64,000 nt of DNA. Origin: Rhizophagus irregularis. Taxonomy: Eukaryota. The translations under genes and the position numbers were made by a program. The DNA lies in assembly GCF_026210795.1 (NCBI RefSeq), contig NC_089434.1:4774001-4838000 (forward strand). Direction: 5' to 3'. The number at the start of each line of letters is the position of its first letter. Within the stretch, counting starts at the first letter, position 1. Positions 39,605 to 51,405 of this stretch are shown piece after piece. The notes under the pieces were generated by a model, which was given only the letters and a program-made list of their open reading frames with translations, made no database searches and was not told where the DNA came from.

Positions 39605-40390
39605 TATATGATTTTAAACATATACAAGTACAAATTGTTTCTTCTGCAAGACTGCACCTTTTATATACTATAAGATCTCTACCACCTGAAAATACTCTTT
39701 CAATTGGTACATTAATAGCTAAAAATAATATAAATTAAATTATAATTATAAAAAAAATTAATAATATTAAATAGAAATAACTAAAAAATCACAAGCTATT
39801 GCTATTAAATGAGGATATTGAATTTTATTTGTCTATAAATAAAATAATAAAATTTATATAAATAATAAAAAAAGTATAATACTAAAAATTAAAGTTAAAT
39901 TTTATACCTTTCATCATTGTAATATATCAGTTCCATATGGTGCAGTTGAAGTTGCAAGATATTGATTTAATTCATTATTATTTACTAAATATTGCCTTTT
40001 ATATATATATTGAAGAAGACTATTTTCAGAATATTCATCTAAAATCATCATATTTTTTGTTGAAGTATATTTAGTTTTATATAAAATATTAAGATTTTTT
40101 TGAGCAGCTTCAATATATTTGTTTTCCTATTGTAATATTGAAGTTTTAATTTTAGATCAAAAACTAAAAAAAAGTTAATAAATAAATAAAAAAATCAATA
40201 TAAAATAACTAAATAAAAAAATAACATACTAGTAGTAATAGTATAAAATAAAGCATTTGTATATTTATAATATTTTTTAAGCTTTTCTGTAACTTTTAAA
40301 ACTGCATTTTTTACTTCCATTTTTATATTTACATCATCTTAAAATTTTTCAATTTCATCCATAAGCCAATTGTATATATGAATAAAATTC
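39605..40390 (-). pseudogene. hAT transposase C-terminal remnant
   Basis: IYNWLMDEIE..KLKKYYKYT and dimerisation-domain-like VPIERVFSGGRDLIVYKRCSLAEETICTCICLKS. Confidence 0.75.
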
Positions 40391-40693
40391 TTAAGTACCA
40401 TATAAAATATATTTTGTAATATGAGAAAATATTTGTATAATATAAATATATATGTAGTTAATTATTAAAATAATATAAATAAATTAATTAATAGTATTTT
40501 TTATATTGGATTACTAGTTAGGGGAGGGCCAGAAATGACATCATTTCTTAAGGGAAGGGGGGGAGGGAGTATCATACCAGGATGCCATTACACAATTTCT
40601 TATTAGAAAATTTCATAATTCTGGGCAACATTAGGTTAGCTATTAATTTTACTGTGCCATAGTCTTAAATATTTAGATGACACTGTTACCTAA

Positions 40694-41164
40694 AACTACC
40701 CCAGTGGCACTGACAAAAATTTCACGATCACGTGACCAATTTTGTTGATTATTTCCAAAAATGGTAAGCAGATTTAACGAAAAAAATAAAAAATAAGAAT
40801 AAAATATAATATAAATGCCATACATTTTTTAAACTTACATGGTATGTGTATTTTTGAACGCTCTACAAATTTACCTAGACGAGAAAATACGTTTTAAAAT
40901 ATTTTTTATATGATAATTTGTAAATAATTAATTTTACAAAAATCTGTATTCAAAACCTACTTTTATTGCCTAAGCAAACTTGCAGAGCAAGTAAATTTAG
41001 GTATAATATATGAATTTTAAAATTAGAAAATATCTGTAGTAAGTTTTATTCAAAAAAAAATAATAATAATAATTTTTTCATTAAATCTGCTCACCATTTT
41101 TGGAAATGATTGACAAAATTGGTCACATGATTGCAAAATTTTTGTCAGTGCCACTGGGGTAGTT
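40694..41164. mobile_element. MULE-type MITE nested in Zator
   Basis: Long TIR aactaccccagtggcactgacaaaaattt...; 9-bp TSD gttacctaa/gttacttaa (1 mismatch). Confidence 0.87.
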
Positions 41165-41308
41165 GTTACTTAATAATTTACTGCGCCATAACCTTAATTT
41201 TCAGTTGTTACAATTTTACTTAATAAAATTTACTGTGCCATTTTAGTGTGACAACTTTTTTAGAATAACGTTGAACAAATGTTACAATTTTAGAACAATG
41301 AGCATTTC

Positions 41309-41775
41309 TAGAGCTCCGAACGAGTCGAGTTGAGTTGAGTTATATGTAAACTCGATTCGACTCGAGTTAAATCGAGTTGAGTTGAGTCGAGTTAAAATTA
41401 TAAAAATATAAACTTGGAATCGATTCGAGTCGAGTTAGCGCATCAGCGAATCGAGTCGAGTCGAATTAAATCAGCGTGATTTTATTTGGCTATACCAATC
41501 ATTTTCTTTTTTTGGCGATAGCCGTTCCACAAAATTCCATTTTTGTAATTTTCAAAATTTTTCATCTCGGATTTTGTGTAATATAATTTCCAAAAAAGGA
41601 AATTCCATAAATTTGGCCGGAATTATGTTTAATTCGGCTTAACTCAACTCAACTCGATTTTATTAAATTATTAACTCGACTCGAATCGATTCGATTTGAT
41701 TGTAATTTTCAACTTGACTTGACTCGACTCAACTCAACCAACTCGCGAGTCAACTCGACTCGTTTCAGAGCACTA
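41309..41775. mobile_element. hAT-type MITE nested in Zator
   Basis: TIR tagagctccgaacgagtcgag / ctcgactcgtttcagagcacta; 8-bp TSD agcatttc; subterminal (tcgag/tgagt)n repeats. Confidence 0.9.
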
Positions 41776-41897
41776 AGCATTTCACATGTTTCTAAAATAA
41801 AAATGTTCGCCTCACTTTGCCACTTTCTTTTTCACAACAAAATTAAATTTTTTGTAAAAATGTAGTCACATCAGTACATTTATACTTAATATTTACA

Positions 41898-44535
41898 ATG
41901 AAGCAAACATATTTTCAGAAACCAAAATATTCCAAAAACTACCTTATTTCAAACTTCCAAAATCTTTATGAACAGTATGTGAATGCTTTTGCATTCAGTA
42001 AAATGGTAAAAAGTCAGAGTTTGATGTCAAATAAAAAGGAACTACAATTACAAGCATAAAGTAGTTGGCGAAAAATCAAATCAGAAAATAAAAATATTAT
42101 TCAGAACTATATTTCTGAATTATTAAAGACTCCTGTTCAATCTCCTCCCTTCACTTTTTTTTCACAACAAAATTTGGTAGTTAAACCTTCAGCCTCATCT
42201 CCAAATATTATTCCTGAGCCTTCTGCTAATATTCAACCTTCTAATAATGCAACAGCACAAAAGCAATCAGATGTTAATCTTCAAAAAACTAAAGCTGAAT
42301 TGTGTGAATATGCTAATCTATCAAGAGTAATAACATCATTGGAACTTCATATACAATTTTCTTCAAAGATTAAGTATCTTGAGAAATCTATGTTATTAGA
42401 GAAAAAAATGCTCAAGCGGTTAAGAGGTAATGCAGAAGCTCAGAAACGGGCTAGAAATAAAAAAAGGGAAATGTTAGAAAAGAAAAATATTGTGGAAGTG
42501 TATGATACACCTAAGCGTCCATCATTTCTAATAAATGAACCTAATCTTTTAGAGAATATGCACAATAGCATTGAGTTTGGAGCTGCAGATTATAAACAGC
42601 GTAAAGAAGTAATTAAAGTCTGAACAATTAAACATCTTCGTGAAAAAATAGAGGAAAATTATGGGATTTATATGGCAAATTCTACAACACAAAATTATTT
42701 GTAACCCTGACATTTAAATACAAAAGAAGCAAAACGGTATCATCATTCTGCACAAATACATCTGGCAGCTGTTGGAAAAAATGAGATGAGTGATCATGTT
42801 GATGAACACTATTGCCTAGCATCAATAAAAGGCGTAAAATCATTTGCATCAGCTTTTTCACAAAATGTGGTCCTAATTTCACAAAATAATAAAGCTAAGG
42901 TAATTACATTTATTTATTAATTATTTATAGCTATAAACTGATAATTAAGCTGTTTATATTAGGTTCCATTAGGAATTGCAGAAGTTGGAAAAACTTTTAA
43001 GGCTATACAAACGGTAAATGAACTTGTATTTGTGCCTGATCATGATTTCCCAAAAGGTTCTAAACATAAGCTAATACCGTCTGTCTACCTGGTGATTAAC
43101 CCTGACAATACAAATGATTTTCTACGTTCTGGTAAAATGAGAATCTTTGTCCGACCTGAATATTTTTTGGGTACATCATGTGAAATGCATATGGTTGATC
43201 TTATGACAATTACTGAAGAAGAATCCTTTCACGAATTCACACATCATGAAAGTGTAATAAAACCTATTTGGTGTTTATTAACAGATGGTAGGCCTGATGA
43301 AAACCCCAATTTTTTGCAAATATTTTAAAATATTTGCTTATTTTTAAAAAGCTTGATCTGGATTATCTTTTAGTGAGAACACATGCACTAGGGCAGTCAG
43401 CTTATAATCCAGTGAAGAGAAGTATAGTATTTCTTTCTGGCAAATTGGCAGGCATTGTATTAAATGCTTTTAATTATGGCAACCATCTTGGCAATATTAA
43501 TGGGTAAACTAATACTGTAATTGATAAGAAGCTTGAAGTCTTGGACATAAAAACTTTAAACATGCTGGAGAGCATCTTTGTGATCTTTGGAGTCGTGATC
43601 CTATTAATGGACAACCAGTTATTTCTACTTATATTGAAGAGCATAATGATACTATATTTTCAAATGTTCAAGAAGAGAAATGGGAATGGATTGATCAGCA
43701 TTCACAAATTTGTAAATATTCTCTTGATTTACGCAAATGTAAAAATAGAAGTTGCTGTAGATCACCACGAGCTCCTGATGCTTTTAAACTGCTATCATTA
43801 AATAGGACCCCGGATATCTCCAAAACAGGTCATAAGTCACACTTTCTGGCGTATTGGCCCATTTCAGCTAAAAAGTCATTGTAATATCTCACATCCAGCG
43901 GTCCTTGATGAACTTTTTTTTAAATTGTAGAGCTAAATGAGGGCTACAAAATAAAAAAAGTTCATTAAAATTGAATTACTGGATGCTGAGATATTTACAA
44001 AAAACGATTTTTTGAGTTTCAGCAAAAAGGGGTGTTTTTGGCCAAAAGTCCATTATGACCTTTATATTAGATATCCGGGGTCCTCATTAAATAATGGCTT
44101 TCTTTCTCCTATTGTGCAAGGTCAAGATAAACATTATCTTAGCTTGTTGTATACATTGGAATATTTTTGTAATTGGCTTCCTGGTTATGATGAGTATTAT
44201 CCAAGCATTCCATCTGAATTATATCATGAACTAGTATGTCAAAAATGTGGTAAGTATTTTCCAACAAAAGCATTTATGAAAAAACATGCCAAAATTATGC
44301 ATTCAAATAGAAAGGAGAATGGGGGTGTAGGGAATACAAAAAGACAGCCAATCTGCAATTTTGAAAAAAAGTCATGATATAGCAGAGGAATTAACATACA
44401 ATGCAGATCAATCTAAAAATGATGGAACTGCAAGAGTAAAAAATAGTAGGCAAATCAATAGAAAACAAAGTGGTAACAATAGGCATGTAAATGGTGATGT
44501 TAAGAATTTACGTCCTTAGAAATTAAGATCATCTA
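41898..44535 (+). pseudogene. Zator transposase pseudogene
   Basis: SQNNKAK|VPLGI, VPDHDFPKGSKHKLIPSVYL, LLTDGRPDENP, RTHALGQSAYNPVKRS, C-terminal CQKCGKYF..KKHAKIMH zinc finger. Intron 42900-42962; stops, frameshifts and a MITE insertion. Confidence 0.82.
43804..44084 (-). mobile_element. AGGACC MITE copy inserted in Zator transposase
   Basis: Perfect 16-bp TIRs; 8-bp TSD cattaaat. Confidence 0.93.
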
Positions 44536-44820
44536 ACGTTTCAGATTAATTTTCATAACATGTAATTCTATAGCATAAAGTATAAATCTTGAATAAATGG
44601 TAATTGATTCAATTAAAAAAAGAAAAAAATCATTTATAAGTTATTTTTAAATTTTATTAAAATTTTTATCATTTAATTATTGATCGAACATATTAAAATA
44701 ATTGATCACGTGATTAGTTGCATAATTTCTATAAATAGAATTGATAACAAAGGGAGGGAAGGGCAAAATCTCCAAAAATAAAATGACGTCATTTCTGGCC
44801 CTCCCCTTAATCAAATTATA

Positions 44821-44992
44821 CAGTCAAACCTTGATATAGCAAACCTTTGATATAGTGAATTTTTCAGACAACTATAATAAATTCCCTCTTGCTATAATGA
44901 ATTAACCAATCAAATCTCTTAAAATCTTTACTATAGCCCTATAGCGAAGTTGAGGTCTGGAACCTAGGGTTCATTATAACAAGAGTTGACTG
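44821..44992. mobile_element. Tc1/mariner (pogo-like) MITE
   Basis: TA|cagtcaaacc ... gagttgactg|TA. Confidence 0.75.
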
Positions 44993-45269
44993 TAGATATT
45001 ATTAGATACTAACAATCATTCATATAATATGGCAGTTAATACTATTGTGAATTTAGGGCATTCCGCATGAATTAAATTTTTCTTCTAAAATTCAATTTGA
45101 TGTAGACCCAATTTAGATTTGATTTGACCTCTAAAAATTATTATCTCATGATCTAGTAATTCAAGTTTAATGATCTTTTTTTAATCAATAGGTCTTGTTG
45201 CTCTAATCAAAATAAAAAAAGATCATTAAAATCAGATTGCTAGATCAAAAGTTATTCGCAAAATATGTT

Positions 45270-46620
45270 TTTATTATTCAGGAACAATTAGGATCATACT
45301 GTATTATGAATCAATTTATGTGAAAACACTAGATAGCATTCTATACGAATAATGAAGAAGGAGAATTTTTAACATATTTAAATCTATCTTTCTGGTCATC
45401 ATCAACTAGAGCAGAAATAGTAGCTATTTTTTTGGCATTATTGATAGTATTAGAAAATTCTAATGTAATTATTTATACAGATAGCTTAGGTGCTATTAAT
45501 TCAATTAATTCAGCTTTTAATACAACAACTTTAATATAATTCAAAAGACTAATAATTTGATTATTATTAAAATAATTATACTGATCAGAGAGGCATCAAT
45601 AAACATAAAGCTGATTAAAATAAAAAGATACAGTAGTATTATAAGCAACAATATAGCTGATAAATTAGCAAAGAAAGGCCTAATCTATTTAGGAATAATG
45701 TAAATTTCATTGATAATATACTATACTATTTTCCTGTTTTTATAGAAATCCTATTGAAGTTAATATTAGGCAATTTATTTTGAAAATATTAGTTACATAT
45801 GAAACTACTGAATGTTTATTACTAAAAAATAATCAGGAATTATGTTATGCAAATATTAATCAGATAGATTGGAAAATTACTTGGCTTATTTTCCATTATT
45901 GCAAAAGGTTTTACTGCATTATTATGCAAATTAACTATTTGTAGACTTTTATAGCAAAACTATTTCATAAAATTTTTCCTTTAGGATCCATTCTAGCATT
46001 AAAAAAGTTAAAGCTTTATAAGAAGATAAAATGTGTTATGAACTGTAATAAGAAAGAAAATTGGAATTACTTATTTGAATGCTAGGCCTATGAATTGACT
46101 TGGCAAAAAATTTTGAAGATTACAATAGAAGAATCTATAATTATATGTTTAAAACAAAAGCAAATTAGATGTCAAGATGAAGATTTATTAAAAAAGTATT
46201 ATAAAATATATTAGAAATTACAGCAAAATCAGAAAAATTCTAAAAGTTCTAATACTTAACATTGAAAGTAAAAGTTGAAACTTTTTTAACAACAAAATTA
46301 CAAAATTTAAGATATCTCTTATTAAGGTACAGTTGTACAAATACTTATGGCCAATATCTTAATTTGGTTTATTTTAGCATTTAAAAAATTAATATGAAAA
46401 TCAAAATGTAAACAAGTTATTTTATGGAAAAAGTGAAAAGGCATTACTCAAACAGATAAAATTACTTTAGAATCTAAAATAAAGGACAATTTAAATCAAC
46501 TTTCAGGATAAAGCAAAAGATATATAAACAAGAAAAGTAGATTGAATACAAAAGTTAATTCCTTTGATAAAGAAATTAATAGATACTTTTGTAAAGAAAT
46601 ACATATGTGAGAATTGGATT
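45270..46620 (+). mobile_element. 3' remnant of non-LTR retrotransposon (RNase H + C-terminal Cys motif)
   Basis: SSSTRAEIVAIFLALL..VIIYTDSLGAINSI..NNIADKLAKKG (RNase H) then KCVMNC..ENWNYLFEC; heavily mutated. Confidence 0.78.
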
Positions 46621-46975
46621 CCAATAAAGAAGAAGTTTGATAAAATTGCATTATATATAAGCAAAATTATTGGATTAATAGTTTAAAAAGAAAATAATTT
46701 TAATTTTTTATTCTCATTTAATTTTATTCTTAAATATTATTTATAATTTTATTTTACTTTTATTTTTATTTTTAGTTTGGTTTTAGTTTATAATATATTA
46801 TTTTAGTTTAATGTTTAAATTATAATATTTTATTTGGTTTAATTTTTAGTTTATAGTATTTTATTTTGATTTACTTTTACTGTTTAATTTTATTCTTAAT
46901 TTATTTGCAATATAATATCTAATGCTTGATTGGACTGACCAGAAATTGGGAGTATAATTTATAGAATAAATAATA

Positions 46976-47053
46976 GTTATTGGATAGGGAGGTGAAATAT
47001 TACTGAACTGCAAAGCAGTTCAGATGATATTTTAACCCTCCTACCTAATAACT
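46976..47053. repeat. Isolated ~75-bp hairpin, resembling the Crypton terminal hairpin
   Basis: gttattggatagggaggtgaaatatta-ctgaactgc aaa gcagttcag-atgatattttaaccctcctacctaataac. Confidence 0.65.
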
Positions 47054-47948
47054 GTATTATTATGCAGATATCCATTCCATATGAAAAGTATAGTAAATGT
47101 GTAATAATAATAATAATAATCTATATGATGTAATGTGTCAAAAATATCAAAGATATTTATACAATAATAGTTTATCTAAAAAATATCAGTATGTTAAACA
47201 CAATATAATTCTATTTGGCTGCATAATAATTGTGATTATTATATAGTCCAAATATATTCTAATAAAATGGTATATGATTCAACATTTAAAAAAAAAAAAA
47301 GTATTTTTTATATTTAACAAATTTTTTTATTTCATTAAGTAAATACCATTCAAAATTCAATAATACCCATTTATGTAAATCTTGATCTTCAATTCCAGTA
47401 TTTTCACTGTATTATCTAAAGCCTAATCATAATATTATTAATATTAGAATCAGTTAGTTTGCTATTTTTCACTTTTTTTAGTTTTAAAAAAAAAATAGTA
47501 TATTTAGTAAATAAGTAATTTCAAAATATAAAATTTTTTTAAGAGTCTAAAATTTTTAAAATATATTAACTTTTGAACAAAATAATAATTTAATTAATTA
47601 TAATCTACTTTTACTAAGTAAATGGAATTATGGAAATATGAATAGAAAAAAGAAAAATTGTATAGTTATTACAAATTTGTCTATGTCATTGTTCTATTTA
47701 CTCTAATAAATAATTAGATTAAAAAATATATATTTTAAAGTATAAATTATGATATACTGTATTATTAATAGTCTAATATTAATTTATACTTGGACAAAAA
47801 ATTATAAAGATTAGAAACAATAGTTTTTTAAAACATAAAAAGTACTCAGTTGGATTGAAGTATATTATACAATATATATAATCTTTTTACTTTTATATTT
47901 TTATTAATTTATATAATTAGATATATATAAACTCAACTGGTCAATTAA

Positions 47949-48218
47949 TACTGGTAAAAAAATGATCTATTTTATACATATCTTACACATATCAAGTATT
48001 CAAAATGTAGAAAATCTTACACAAATAATACATATATCATACACATATCAGGTATTTATATATATATCATACACATATCAAATACCTAATAGATATACGA
48101 TATATATAAGTGTATATGATATATGTATTATTTGTGTAAGATTTTCTACATTTTGAATACCCGATATATATAAGATATGTACAAGATATATGTAAGATAG
48201 ATCATTTTTTTATCAGTG
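47949..48218. mobile_element. CACTG-ended (CACTA/CMC-like) MITE
   Basis: TIR tactggtaaaaaaatgatctat / atagatcatttttttatcagtg; TAA flanks. Confidence 0.78.
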
Positions 48219-48411
48219 TAATTGAATAGAATTTAAACAATACTTTAGAAAAAGAATTTGAAAAGTAATTTAAACTCAAAACTTCAAATATTAGTAATAA
48301 CATAACTGTATACAGAATTAAAAGTATTCAACAGTATAACTAAAAGAAGATAGATTGTAGTTGCCTTTTTCAAATTATAGAAGTAATTAGAATTATACAC
48401 TGCCCTACAAT

Positions 48412-49376
48412 TAGAGCTCCGAACAGGTCAGCCAAATTCAGGTAACCTGACCTGACCTGACCTGAAATTCAGGTCAGGTATGAGATTTTTAAAAAAAATT
48501 CAGGTCAGGTATGAAGATTGACCTGACCTGATTGACCTGTTGACCTGAAACTATTGATTCTACTATATAATAAAAGTGAGTTGCAGTATTGCGATTCACT
48601 TTTTTTATATAAAATATATATAAAAAAGTGAATCGCAATATCGCAACTCACTTTTTTTATATAAAATATATATAAAAAAGTGAATCGCAATATCGCAACT
48701 CACTTTTTTTATATAAAATATATATAAAAAAGTAAATCGCAATATCGCAACTCACTTTTATTATATAAAATCAATATAAAAAAGTGAATCGCAATACCGC
48801 AACTCACTTTTTTTATATAAAATATATATAAAAAAGTGAATCGCAATACCGCAACTCACTTTTTTTATATAAAATATATATAAAAAAGTGAATCGCAATA
48901 CTGCAACTCACTTTTTTATATAAAATATATATAAAAAAGTGAATCGCAATACCGCAACTCACTTTTTTTATATAAAATATATATAAAAAAGTGAATCGCA
49001 ATACCGCAACTCACTTTTTTTTATACAAAATCAATATAAAAATGTTGAATCGCAATATTTCAAGAAAAAAAGTTGCGAAAACGTTTTTTCATAATATTAT
49101 ATTAAAAAAATGTTTCGTAACATTTTTTTTTTGATATTTCAATAATAACGTTGCGAAAACAATTTTTTCATAATGTTATATTAAAAAAAACGTTTTGCAA
49201 TATTTTTTTCAATATCTTAATAAAAAACGTTGCAAAAACGTTTTTTTCATAATATTATATTAAAAAAAAAGTTTTGTACCGTTTTTTTCAATACTTTAAT
49301 AAAAATAGTCCTGAAAATTTTCAGGTTTCAGGTCAGGTCAGGTCAAACAGACAACCTGATACATCAGGAATTTAAA
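48412..49376. mobile_element. Non-autonomous hAT element (left part), interrupted by the Plavaka element
   Basis: Starts tagagctccgaac like the 41309 MITE; (acctg)n/(caggt)n subterminal repeats at both sides; right TIR not in the window. Confidence 0.7.
48554..49060. repeat. ~56-bp tandem repeat (~9 copies) inside the hAT element
   Basis: Unit tatataaaatatatataaaaaagtgaatcgcaata(t/c)cgcaactcacttttttt. Confidence 0.93.
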
Positions 49377-49491
49377 CACGGCATAATGTTTCGTAAGTTT
49401 ACGGATTTTCGTAAAATTACGTATATTTACGGCATAATGTTCTGTAGATTTACGGATTTCCGTAAATCTACGTAATTTTATGATCAAAATG

Positions 49492-51135
49492 GGATCGTAA
49501 ATGTTCCGAAGCATTACGATCGAAATATTCCAAAATAATACGTGATCGTAAATGTTCCGAAGCATTACGGTCAAAATATTCTGTAATAATACGTGATCGC
49601 AAATATTTCGAAACATTACGATTGAAATATTCCGTAATAATACATGATCGTAAATGTTTCGAAACATTACGATCAAAATATTCCATAATAATACGTGATC
49701 GTAAATGTTCTGAAGCATTACGATCAAAATATTCTGTAATAATACGTGATCATAAATGTTCTGAAGCATTACGGTCAAAATATTCCGAATAATACGTGAT
49801 CGCAAATGTTTCGAAACATTACGATCAAAATATTCCGTAATAATACGTGATAGTAAATGTTTCGAAACATTACGATCAAAATATTCCGTAATAATACGTG
49901 ATCGAAAATATTCCGAAGCATTACGATTGAAATATTCTGTAATAATATGATATCGCAATTGTTCCGAAGCATTACGATCGAAATATTCCGTAGAATTACG
50001 ATATCGTAAATGTTCTGAAGCATTACGATCAAAATATTCCGTAATAATATGATATCGCAATTGTTCTGAAGCATTACGATCGAAATATTCCGTAATAATA
50101 CGTGATCGTAAATATTTCAAAACATTACGATCGAAATATTCCGTAAAATTATGATATCGCAATTGTTTCGAAGCATTACGATCAAAATATTCCATAATAA
50201 TACGTGATCGTAAATGTTTCGAAACATTACGATCGAAATATTCCGTAGAATTATGATATCGCAATTGTTCTGAAGCATTACGATCGAAATATTCCGTAAT
50301 AATACGTGATCGTAATTGTTCTGAAATATTACGATCAAAATATTCCGTAATAATACGTGATCGTAAATGTTTCGAAATATTACGGTCAAAATATTCCGTA
50401 GAATTACGATATCGTAAATGTTCTGAAGCATTACGATCGAAATATTCCGTAATAATACGTGATCGTAAATGCTTTTGAAACATTACGATCGAAATATTCC
50501 CGTAGAATTATGATATCGCAATTGTTCCGAAGCATTACGATCGAAATATTCCGTAATAATACGTGATCGTAAATGTTTCGAAACATTACGGTCAAAATAT
50601 TCTGTAGAATTACGATATCGTAAATGTTCCAAAGCATTACAATTGAAATATTCCGTAATAATACGTGATCGAAAATATTCCGAAGCATTACGATCGAAAT
50701 ATTCTGTAATAATACGTGATCGTAAATGTTTCGAAGCATTACGATCAAAATATTCCGTAATAATACGTGATCGTAAATATTAGCCCTGTTCATTTCCGGT
50801 CGGGTACATTTTTCGGTCGGATTTTGTTGTACAAAAATTATCCAATAAAATTTTTTTATTTTCGATCGCAAATTGAACTGCTTTAGATTGAAATTTAGTT
50901 CAAACTCCTTGTATTTCCTGTAACTGATTTTGTTAGGATTAAAAAGGAAATTATAACTTATGTCTTTTTCTTAAATATCACGTAAACAGAAATTATCTAA
51001 TTTTGGTTGGTTGTTTTTGGTATTTAAAACGGGCTAAAAGTTCAGAAAATGGTTGCGTTGTACACCGAAAAATGCGATCGACCGGAAATGAACAGGGCTA
51101 TTTTGAAGCGTTACGGTCGAAATATTCTGTAATAA
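49492..51135. repeat. 51-bp palindromic, CpG-rich tandem array (~25 copies)
   Basis: Unit ttacgatcgaaatattccgtaataatacgtgatcgtaaatgtttcgaaaca with recurring variants; the 17-aa periodicity of overlapping ORFs confirms the 51-bp period. Confidence 0.95.
50782..51099. mobile_element. MITE inserted in last unit of the 51-bp array
   Basis: TIR (t)agccctgttcatttccggtcg / cgaccggaaatgaacagggct(a); apparent 3-bp TSD ATT (exact ends ambiguous by 1 bp). Confidence 0.85.
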
Positions 51136-51405
51136 ATTCAATAACTTATATTACGCTACGTAACTTATCTCATCTGGTAATTCAAGTTTCTAAAATAATC
51201 ATTCTTATTTATTACAATCGTAATATTTCACATTTACACAAAATAAAGTGGCCAACTACATAATGATCAAATATATTTTACCCGAACATGTATTTATTTA
51301 TTGACTTGAAAATTATTTCCTTTATTAAAATAAATGGGATATTAAAATATATGGGGGATATTAAAATATAAAAAATATATGCGTAGTCAATTATTATTTT
51401 ATTTT

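Larger units (their letters stand above)
40521..44806 (+). mobile_element. Zator-superfamily DNA transposon (full length, inactivated)
   Basis: TIR ggggagggccagaaatgac / gtcatttctggccctcccc; 3-bp TSD TTA; transposase motifs as in Zator/TP36 (ISAzo13-related). Confidence 0.82.

Noticed and set aside
48505..49001. Repetitive ORFs MRFTFLYIFYIKKVS..
   Set aside because: Translation of the 56-bp tandem repeat.
49492..50780. CRISPR-like array
   Set aside because: Units are contiguous with no unique spacers, there are no cas genes, and the context is eukaryotic.
49338..50871. 381-aa and overlapping ORFs with 17-aa repeats
   Set aside because: By-product of a 51-bp (multiple of 3) tandem array; open in more than one frame, frame switches at indels, and no gene signals.
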